Shown: positions 11,155 to 19,417 of the stretch, piece after piece
Layout of the letters: the number at the start of each line of letters is the position of its first letter
Numbering within the stretch: position 1 is the first letter of the stretch
Origin: Candidatus Saccharimonadota bacterium
GTDB lineage: Bacteria > Bacillota_I > Bacilli_A > Mycoplasmatales > Hepatoplasmataceae
Direction: 5' to 3'
DNA length: 32,000 bases
NCBI GenBank assembly: GCA_027925325.1
Contig: AP027133.1
Location: forward strand, 574,195-606,194
Notes under the pieces: model-generated
Database searches by the model: none
What the model saw: the letters and a program-made list of their open reading frames with translations, nothing else
What the model was told of the DNA's origin: nothing
Position numbers and translations under genes: made by a program

Positions 11155-12902
11155 TTTATTAAAATTACAGCAAATTTTTTATTCTCAGTTTCCATTTTAC
11201 TTACAAGTTCTTTGATTTGCTTTTCCTCTAAATAATCATCATGTCTTATTTGTTCAAAATTTCTTAAACCCATTTCCCCAATCATTTGATAAAGGGATGC
11301 AAGTGAATTTATTGCTCTCAATTCAAAATGAATTTCATAAATTTTATTAGGAAGAAAATCTCGATCACTATTATAATAAAGAATCTTTTTTGGTTGTTTA
11401 AAAATATTTTGTTCAAATTCTTGTTTTAAATAATTTTCAATTGCAAAAATCATCTCTAATAATTTTAGAGTATCAATTTTTTCTATATCATCTTTAATAC
11501 TATGCAATCCTTTTTCTAAAGATAATATTTTTGTGCTTCCAATTTGATCTCTTTCAAAAATATTTATTTTAAATTGACTATCATATAGAAAAGGTGAATG
11601 TGTTGCAAATATAATGTATATACTCTTAAATAATTCCTTATTTTTTGCAATTAAATTTTTTAAATATTTTTTTAATTCAATTTGTAAAGGAATTGATAAA
11701 TTATTTTCCGGTTCATCAACCATAATAATTTTAATTTGATCATTAGAATTATCATGAATAATAGAATTTAAAGTAATAATAAAATCTAAAAAGACCTTTG
11801 CTCCATTACTATTATTTTTACTTTCGTTACTTCCTATTAATCAATCACCTTTAGAATTAAATTGTAATTTTATTTGATTATTTGTAATATTTATTTTAAT
11901 TTCAAAATCAATGAATTCAAAATTTTGTAAAACCTTTTTTAAATTATTTCGAATCTTTTCTTCAATTTTTGATTTTTCTTCATTTTTTTCATTTCCATTA
12001 GGCATTTCATAATAAAATTTTAATTGTTCTTTTTCAGGATATAAAAAATTTAAAATATCATTAATTCTTGCCTTTTCCGAAAAAGCTTCACCTGTATTTA
12101 TTCTTTCAAACAAATAATTTAAATCAAAATTATATTCAAGATCATTAATTCTTGAATTATTTTTAAGATAAACAATTTCAGGTTTCTTGATCAAAATTTT
12201 TTCAATATTTAAAAAAACTCTAAAAATAAATTCAGTTTTTAAATAAATTTTAGTGTTATCTATATTTAAATAAGCAATCTCAGAAGTTAATTCAAATCTT
12301 CCTTTGCTTTTTGCATATGAAATTACTCTTTTAATCTTATTAAATATTTTTTCTAATAATTTTTGTGTTTTTAGACCAACATTGTAATCTCTAAATTCCT
12401 GATAAAAATTTTTATAGAAATCTTCATTATTAGGATTTTTAAGATATTCAAAAATAATTTTTTTATAAATTGAATTATTATCAAGTGCATGTAAATAATT
12501 ATTATTAGAATCTACTCCTACTTTTCTTCCTTCATTTCGAAAAATATTCATATATTTATCTTTTAAACTCTTTGGAAATAAATAATTTAAACTATTTTCT
12601 AATATTTTTAATTCTTTTTCCGAAAAATTATAATTAATAAAAACTCTCGATACGATATCTTCTTCTTTTTGGATCGCAAAATTTATTTTTTCAGAACCCT
12701 TAATATCACGTAAAAATTTAGTTCTTAAATCTAAATTATTTCTTCTTAAAAAAGTTACCGCTTCTAAAAAAGATGTTTTCCCAGAAGAATTTAAACCCAA
12801 AAGTAAATTTATATTATTACTATATAAATCTATCTTTTGTTTTTTAAAGATTGTCTTTATCCCCTCTACTTCAAAAGAAATTTTATTTTCTTCTATATTC
12901 AT
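11151..12902 (-). CDS. ABC/OLD-family (AAA_15/AAA_21-like) P-loop ATPase, 583 aa, with an unassigned C-terminal region of ~145 aa.
   Basis: Track ORFs 11151..11723 and 11841..12902 share a frame and join via the TGA at 11841; the gap codons were checked. Motifs: Walker A LLLGLNSSGKTSFLEA, a long helical insert, Walker B IKIIMVDEPENNLSIPLQ, and the His-switch region IIFATHSPFL. Confidence 0.75.
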
Positions 12903-13046
12903 ATTCTTAATTCTCCATTTTAATATATTTAATTTATATTTTTTAAATTATATATAATGTTTGATATAAAATAAATTATAAATATAATAATAATTTATCT
13001 TTTTTAAAATTTTTCGATTTAGATTAAATGTAACTTTTTGCCTATT

Positions 13047-13820
13047 TTAAATTTGATAAAATTTTTTAGCATTTTTATTTGTGATATCTATTAATTTATT
13101 TAATTCAATATTTTTCATTTTAGCAAATTCTTCAAGTACATATTTTAAATAAAAAGGATAATTTTTTTTACCACGAAATGGAACAGGAGTAAGATATGGG
13201 CAATCTGTTTCGAATAATATTTTCTCAAGTGGGATAATTTTTGCATTTTCTTTTACTTGATTTGCATTTTTAAATGTAAGAATTCCGTTGACACTAATCA
13301 TTAAATTTTTTAACTTTAAAAATTGTAAAAGAATTTTCTTTTCGCCGGTAAAAGAATGTATTAAATAATTTAAATTAGGAAATTTTAAGATTATTTCATA
13401 AATATCCTCATAAGCATCTCTTCCATGAATAACAACCGGTAAATTTAATTCATCCGCTAATTTTAACTGAAAAATAAATCATTTTTTTTGAATTATTTTT
13501 TCAGTTAATTTTATATTTCTTGAGTAATCAAGTCCTATTTCTCCAATAGCTTTAATTTTTTCTTTATTTTCTATGATTGTTTTTTTTAATCATTTAGCTT
13601 TATTTTGATCTAATTCTTTTACATCATAAGGATGAATTCCAAGCACAGGAATTAATTTTTTATATTTTTTATTTAAATTTAAAATTTCTTCTATTGAATT
13701 TAAATCTGTTCCAATATTAAAAACATATTCAAGTTCATTTAAAGATTTCTCTATTATATCTTCTAAATTATCCTGATAATATGACTTAACAAGATGAGCA
13801 TGTGTATCTATTGCTTTCAT
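13047..13820 (-). CDS. tatD: TatD-family metal-dependent DNase/hydrolase.
   Basis: Track ORFs 13047..13301 and 13590..13820 share a frame and join via the TGA codons at 13590 and 13479; the gap was checked. Motifs: IDTHAHL, GEIGLDY, PVVIHGRDA, HSFTG, ETDCPYL. Confidence 0.9.
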
Positions 13821-13825
13821 TTATT

Positions 13826-15166
13826 TTATTTTCCTATACAAAAAGTACTAAACAATTGATAAATATAATCTTCATCTAATTCTTTTCCTAAAATTTTATA
13901 AAGATCTCTTAAAATTATTTCAATTTCAAATGAAATTATATCTTCTTGATAATTTTCATCGATCATTTTGATTATATTTGTTAATTTTTCATTTATATTT
14001 TTGAAATTATTAATTTGATTATCTGTAATTAAAATTGCTTCTTCAATTGTAAATTTTGCAATTAATTTTGTTTCAATATATTTAATAATCGCCTTTTCAA
14101 GTTCTAAAATATTATTTTCTTTTGCAGAAATTTTTAATAAATTATCATTTAATTTATTTTTTTTAAGTTGATCTTTTTTGTTTAAAACAGTGATTATTTT
14201 ATTAGAATAATTACTAATAATTTCCTTAAAATTATTTAATTGTTTATTTACTGATTTCGTACCATCGATAAGTAAAATAATAATATCGGCATTTTTTAAT
14301 GTATTAAATGATTTTTTAATTCCGATCTTTTCTACTTTATTACCGAATTTACGAAGTCCTGCTGTATCTTGGAATGTTATTAAATGATTTTTTAAATAAA
14401 TTGATGATTCTACAACATCTCTTGTTGTTCCTTTGTAATTTGAAACAATTGCTCTTTCTTCATTTAAAATTTTGTTTAATAAGGTTGATTTTCCGGCATT
14501 GGGTTGTCCAATTAATGCAATTTTAATTCCCTTTCCAATTTTAATTACTTTCGTTGATTCATTTATTACCTTTAAAAATTCTTTATTTAATAATTTTAAT
14601 TCTTGATTTATTTTCTTTAAATTATAAATCGGAAGATCAGTATTTTCTGGATAATCAATTGCGACTTGAATTCTTGAGATTATATCTTCCAATTTTTTTA
14701 TTATTTTATTAATAAATAATCCTTGTTTATTATTTAAATTTTTTGTTGCCTGATTTGCAAGTGTGTAATCATTAGTAAGAATAAGCGTATTAATCGCCTC
14801 TGATTGTGTTAAATTAATCTTTCCATTCATAAATGCCTGTTGCATAAATTCACCAGGATTTGCTTGTGTAATATTCATTTTTGATAATTTTTCAATTATT
14901 TTATTTGCAATTACCATCGATCCATGAAAATGAATTTCACAAACATCTTCTCCTGTAAAAGAATTTGGCTTTTTAAAAAGTAAAACAAGTGTATCATCGA
15001 TAAATTCTTTTGCAAAAAATAACTTATGAAAGGTAACAGAATTTGCCTTTATCTCTAGATCCTTATATAGATTTTTCGCTATGTTAAAAGTAGCAGGACC
15101 AGAAATACGAATAATTCCGACATTTTGATTTATTGGTTTTGTAACTAAAGAATAAATTGTTTGCAA
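13826..15166 (-). CDS. mnmE: tRNA modification GTPase MnmE (TrmE/ThdF).
   Basis: Intact 446-aa ORF with G-domain motifs GQPNAGKSTLLN, DTAGLR and NKKD, and the C-terminal CIGK motif. It uses a TTG start at 15166 with a GGAG about 8 nt upstream. Confidence 0.93.
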   Translation of the reverse strand: MQTIYSLVTKPINQNVGIIRISGPATFNIAKNLYKDLEIKANSVTFHKLFFAKEFIDDTLVLLFKKPNSFTGEDVCEIHFHGSMVIANKIIEKLSKMNITQANPGEFMQQAFMNGKINLTQSEAINTLILTNDYTLANQATKNLNNKQGLFINKIIKKLEDIISRIQVAIDYPENTDLPIYNLKKINQELKLLNKEFLKVINESTKVIKIGKGIKIALIGQPNAGKSTLLNKILNEERAIVSNYKGTTRDVVESSIYLKNHLITFQDTAGLRKFGNKVEKIGIKKSFNTLKNADIIILLIDGTKSVNKQLNNFKEIISNYSNKIITVLNKKDQLKKNKLNDNLLKISAKENNILELEKAIIKYIETKLIAKFTIEEAILITDNQINNFKNINEKLTNIIKMIDENYQEDIISFEIEIILRDLYKILGKELDEDYIYQLFSTFCIGK

Positions 15167-15210
15167 ATAAAACTCCGAATATTATTTTATTAAATTTAAA
15201 ATATTAAATC

Positions 15211-15471
15211 TTAATTTTTAATACAGGAAATAATCGTTCAAGTATCAGGTCATCAATCAGTTCCGATAAGCGTATCACAAAAAGCAATAAAGAGAAATGC
15301 AATTAAGATAAATAACAAAATATATTTTACTAAAAAATAAATTCCCTTAAAAAAATAATTAATAAAAAAATTAACAATGATTACAATGATTACTATCAGA
15401 AAAATCAATATTATTATTCAGAAGAGCATGATTCAATATCATGCTCAATCACTATAAAAATTATTAACCAT
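15211..15471 (-). CDS. Small hydrophobic Trp-rich membrane protein, paralog A (86 aa, 7 TGA-encoded Trp).
   Basis: This gene is invisible under the standard code. Under code 4, the ATG at 15471 to the TAA at 15211 reads MVNNFYSDWAWYWIMLFW...(hydrophobic)...FIAFCDTLIGTDWWPDTW.... It is paralogous to the adjacent gene, with conserved terminal motifs. Confidence 0.55.
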
Positions 15472-15517
15472 AAAATTTCTTAATTCTTTAATAAAGTTAA
15501 TTATTTATTTTATTAAT

Positions 15518-15838
15518 TTAATTGCCATTTATTCAATCGACTAAATTTCAACTTGATGGTCATCAATCTGTTCCAATAAACGTATCACAAAAAGCAATAA
15601 ATAGAAAAACAGAAAGAGCAACACCAACAATCGGACCGATAATTTTAAAAATTAAAGCAAGTGAAAATTTAAAAATAAATTTTAATAATATAAATATAAA
15701 AATAAAAGCAAGAATTGCAATTAGTAATCAGAAAATGAAAGTTCAATATCATTCTCAATCGCTATAAAATGCACCAACTGAATTACCCAAACTTGCCCCT
15801 AATTGTCCAAAATCATTATACACAGATTTTAATTTCAT
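15518..15838 (-). CDS. Small hydrophobic Trp-rich membrane protein, paralog B (106 aa, 8 TGA-encoded Trp).
   Basis: Under code 4, the ATG at 15838 to the TAA at 15518 reads MKLKSVYNDFGQLGASLGNSVGAFYSDWEWYWTFIFW...FIAFCDTFIGTDWWPSSWNLVDW.... The + strand track ORF 15522..15767 is its antisense shadow. Confidence 0.55.
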
Positions 15839-15896
15839 ACTCTTTCCTTTAATTTTTTTATACTATCAATATTATAACAATGATATTATAACTAAA

Positions 15897-16829
15897 TTAA
15901 GAATATTTATTAAAAAAGTCCAAACTTAAAAGATATTTTTCTTTTAAAGTAAAAACATCTTTTATTATTTCTAATAATTTTCCTTCTGTAATTTTTCTAA
16001 TATAAAATTCACTTTTTAATTGATCTTTCAAATTATTAATATTTATAATAATGAGTTCATCCGAAATATTTTTTTTAAGATGTGGATTTAAAATCTTAAG
16101 AACATATTGATAAATTCCTACTTGTCTTCAATAATCAAAATTATTCCCCTCTGATGAGGTTTTAAGGTCACAAACATGAATCATTTTTGTATCCTTATTT
16201 ATAAGTAAAAAATCAATTTCTCCCATAAAAATTCCATCAGGATGATAAAATTTTAAATTATGTCCAATTACAACAAAATTTTTCTGATCCAAATAATTAA
16301 TAAATTCTAAAACTTCTGTTGATTGTGTTGAAATTAAGATATCTTCTTCATTTTCTAAATAATCAACAATTTCTCTTTCGATATTTTTTCCATAATCAAT
16401 CGATTCTTGCAGTTTTATTTTTCCAAGTATTTTAAGTGTTTGACTATAAATTGTTTGCTTAGTAAACATCTTTACTTGATCTTTAATTAATTTTAATTCA
16501 TATAAAACTCTTTTACCTTTTTCAGAATTTCAATTAATTCAATTTCAACCAAATTCATTTACCATTTTATCTAAATCTACATTAAATTCTTTTTCTTTTT
16601 TAATTTGTTTTAATTTATATTCTCCTAAAAGAGGGAGAATATAAGGTTCGTTAAATTTATTCAAAAATTCTGATAAATTAGTATTACTTGGAACACTTAA
16701 AAATTCATTATTTTGTTCAAGATAATAAAAATCTAAATTTTTATATGGTTGATATAATTTAGTTTTTTTAATTAATTTAAGTTTAATTTTTTGCTGTAAT
16801 TCTGGATAATAATAACGAAAATTTTTCAT
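15897..16829 (-). CDS. Hypothetical protein (310 aa) with a candidate PD-(D/E)xK nuclease motif.
   Basis: Track ORFs 16128..16469 and 16545..16829 share a frame. They join via the TGA codons at 16530/16539/16545 and extend past the TGA at 16128 to the TAA at 15897; all codons were checked. The candidate motif is GEIDFLLINKDTKMIHVCDLKTS (D...D-x-K). The ATG at 16829 abuts the rsmI stop at 16830. Confidence 0.5.
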
Positions 16830-17663
16830 TTATTTTATTTTCTTCTCTTGTTTTAATAGATTATATAATTGATTTTTTTTAATTTTACTATCAAATAAAT
16901 TATAAATCTTTAAAATTTGTTGATCTTTTAAATTTAAATTTTGTAAAAAATTTAATCTTTTTTTAATTCTATCTAAATCTTTTTCAATATTTAAAATATT
17001 TTTTGTCGGTAAAATGACAACAAATTCCCCTTTTAGGTTTTTTTGATTTAAGAGATCTTTGATTGTTGATTTTTTTATCTCTTCAAATTTTTTTGTAAGT
17101 TCTCTTGCAATTATAATTTCTGTGTCCTCTTGATAATATTTTGAAATCAAATTTAAAGTATCAACTATTCTTTTTGGCGATTCATAAAATATAATTAAAT
17201 CAATGAAATTTTTCAAATTTTCAAGCTGTAAAATCAATTTTTCTTCTTTACGGTCAATAAAACCAATAAAAGCAAAAGAATTAAAAATTATTCCACTTCC
17301 ACTCAAAGCGGTAGTAATTGCACTAGGACCAGGAATTGGAATAACCTCTATATTTTTTGTTTTTAAATAATTAACTGTGAATTGCCCGGGATCAGAAATT
17401 AATGGAGTTCCGGCATCTGTAATTAATGCACAATCTCCTTCTAATAATTTTTGATAAACCAATTCTTTTATTTTAATTTCATTAAATTTATGTAAAGAAT
17501 ATAATTTAGAATTTTTTATCTGATAAAAATTTAATAATTTTTGTGAATTTAAAGTATTTTCACAAAAAATAAATTTAACTTTTTTTAAAATTTCTAAAGC
17601 ACGTAATGAAATATCAGAAAGATTACCAATCGGGGTTGCAATTACATAAAATTTATTGCTCAT
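16830..17663 (-). CDS. rsmI: 16S rRNA (cytidine1402-2'-O)-methyltransferase RsmI (tetrapyrrole-methylase fold).
   Basis: Intact 277-aa ORF with FYVIATPIGNLSDISLRALEILK, TDAGTPLISDPG, IPGPSA and FYESPKR. Confidence 0.9.
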   Translation of the reverse strand: MSNKFYVIATPIGNLSDISLRALEILKKVKFIFCENTLNSQKLLNFYQIKNSKLYSLHKFNEIKIKELVYQKLLEGDCALITDAGTPLISDPGQFTVNYLKTKNIEVIPIPGPSAITTALSGSGIIFNSFAFIGFIDRKEEKLILQLENLKNFIDLIIFYESPKRIVDTLNLISKYYQEDTEIIIARELTKKFEEIKKSTIKDLLNQKNLKGEFVVILPTKNILNIEKDLDRIKKRLNFLQNLNLKDQQILKIYNLFDSKIKKNQLYNLLKQEKKIK

Positions 17664-18177
17664 TTTGCCCTTCTAAATTAAAATAATTATTTATTAAAAA
17701 ATTAAAAAAAATCTCATTTTCAATAATATTTGTATTTATCGCTAAATTAATTAGTTTTTGCTCTTTTAAAGAAATTTTTGTCAATAAAAAGCAATTTATT
17801 AATTGTCTTGTATATTCATCAGCTTGCAAAAAAGTATTTTTTATTTTAATTAAATCTTTACTTAAAAATAAACTTTTAAATTGATCATTTATTTTGAAAT
17901 TACTAAAATTAAATTTACGATTTTTTAAATAAGATAAAATAAATTCTAAATTACGATTTCATCTAAAATAACTAATTTTAAATTCTTGATCAATTTTCTG
18001 TAATTTTAAAAATAAAAAAACTAATTTTTTAAGATTACGATAATTTCATTTATCGATATTTTCAATTATCTTTCAATTTAAAATTAATAACTCTTTTTCT
18101 TCTGTTTCAATAAATAATTCTTCTTTATTAAAATCATCTAATTTTTCATTAATTTGTTTTTCAATTAAAATTTTCAT
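17653..18177 (-). CDS. Hypothetical protein (174 aa) at the position where holB (DNA polymerase III delta') lies in related genomes. No P-loop was recognised.
   Basis: It is absent from the track because three TGA codons break it. Under code 4, the ATG at 18177 to the TAA at 17653 is open and reads MKILIEKQINEKLDDFNKEELFIE...NLEGQNEQ. Its 3' end overlaps the rsmI start by 11 nt. The functional assignment is positional only. Confidence 0.45.
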
Positions 18178-18187
18178 TTTTAAAAGT

Positions 18188-18814
18188 TTATTTTAAGTCC
18201 TTTATTATTATTTCAACTATTTCATTTACTTTTTTATTTCCATCAATTATCAAAAATCTCTTATTTTCTTTTTTTGCTAATTGTAAATATCTTTTACGAA
18301 TTTGCTGATGAAAATTTAAATCATAATTATCAAATTTATTTGTTGTTCGCTTATTTTTAATAATTCGTTTTCGTGCGATTTTAGGATCTAAATCAATTAA
18401 ATATGTTCTCTTAGGATTTACATCTAAAGTTGCTAATTTACTTGTTATAATAATATCTTGATCTTTTACTCCTTTTAATCCTTGATAAACAAAAGTGGAA
18501 TCAGTAAAACGATCACAAATTACAATTTTATTGTTTTTTAAATTGGGAATTATAAATTTTTGAATATGCTCCGCTCGATTTGCCTGCAATAAAAATAATT
18601 CTGTAATCGGAAGAATATCATAATTGACAATTAAATCTCTTGTTTTTAAAAGAAATTCATTACCTGAATTCCCTGGTTCTCTTGTAAAAATAACTTCTTT
18701 ATTTTTTAAAAAATATTTATCATCTTTTAAAAAAATTTTTTTTAATTCATCAATAATTGTTGTTTTTCCTGCACCGTCAATTCCTTCAATTGTGACAAAA
18801 TTTTTATTTCCCAT
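18188..18814 (-). CDS. tmk: Thymidylate kinase.
   Basis: Intact 208-aa ORF with the P-loop FVTIEGIDGAGKTT and the DRF motif (CDRFTDSTFVYQG). Confidence 0.93.
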   Translation of the reverse strand: MGNKNFVTIEGIDGAGKTTIIDELKKIFLKDDKYFLKNKEVIFTREPGNSGNEFLLKTRDLIVNYDILPITELFLLQANRAEHIQKFIIPNLKNNKIVICDRFTDSTFVYQGLKGVKDQDIIITSKLATLDVNPKRTYLIDLDPKIARKRIIKNKRTTNKFDNYDLNFHQQIRKRYLQLAKKENKRFLIIDGNKKVNEIVEIIIKDLK

Positions 18815-19410
18815 TATATTTCCTCTTGATTTTCAAAAACATATTTCATCGTATCTTCATTTAAATAACTTATATTTAAATCTTTCGGAACCCCTAATTT
18901 TATTTTTGAAAATAAAAATTTTCGTTCCTTAAAGCCTTCTTGTAATTCTTTTTTAAAAACTCTGATAATAATTTCACTTTCAATTGAAGGAGGTGTAAGA
19001 AAACTTATTTTTAAAATTTTTTCATTTTGATGTAAAAAATCTTTTAATCTCAATATAACATTATTTAAATTATTATTATTTAAATAATCACTCTTGTGAT
19101 TAAAATTTAAATTAAATATTTTTATTGTTTGATTTTGATATAAATCATAAATTTTAAAATAATCATTTAAATTTTCAACAATATAAATAAAATCATTACT
19201 CAATTTACAGTTAATACATTCTTTTCCTTCATAAAAAGTTTTACATAAATTGCAAAAATTAATATTATCTAAAAGATTTATAATTTTAGTTAATTTTTTT
19301 AAATTTTCTTCTTTATCTTTAATAAATTCAATCGCTAATCTTTGAGCTTGTTTTGGTCCTATTGAAGATAATAAATTCAATTCATTAATTAAAATATTTA
19401 AATTTTTCAT
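18814..19410 (-). CDS. recR: Recombination protein RecR.
   Basis: Intact 198-aa ORF with the helix-hairpin-helix region SIGPKQAQRLA and a C4 zinc finger (CNLCKTFYEGKECINC). Its stop overlaps the tmk start (TAATG). Confidence 0.88.
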   Translation of the reverse strand: MKNLNILINELNLLSSIGPKQAQRLAIEFIKDKEENLKKLTKIINLLDNINFCNLCKTFYEGKECINCKLSNDFIYIVENLNDYFKIYDLYQNQTIKIFNLNFNHKSDYLNNNNLNNVILRLKDFLHQNEKILKISFLTPPSIESEIIIRVFKKELQEGFKERKFLFSKIKLGVPKDLNISYLNEDTMKYVFENQEEI

Positions 19411-19417
19411 TTTTTAA

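Noticed and set aside
6247-12902. Interpreting the ATPase plus helicase as a Gabija (GajA/GajB) system.
   Set aside because: - I could not identify Toprim motifs with confidence in the ATPase C-terminus.
- The helicase is Upf1-like SF1B with a fused nuclease, not a UvrD-like SF1A helicase.
- The two genes are separated by an opposite-strand gene.
5324-13046. Calling the accessory block a mobile element, prophage or ICE.
   Set aside because: I found no integrase, transposase, recombinase, tRNA attachment site or flanking direct or inverted repeats. The sequence supports only the term 'island'.
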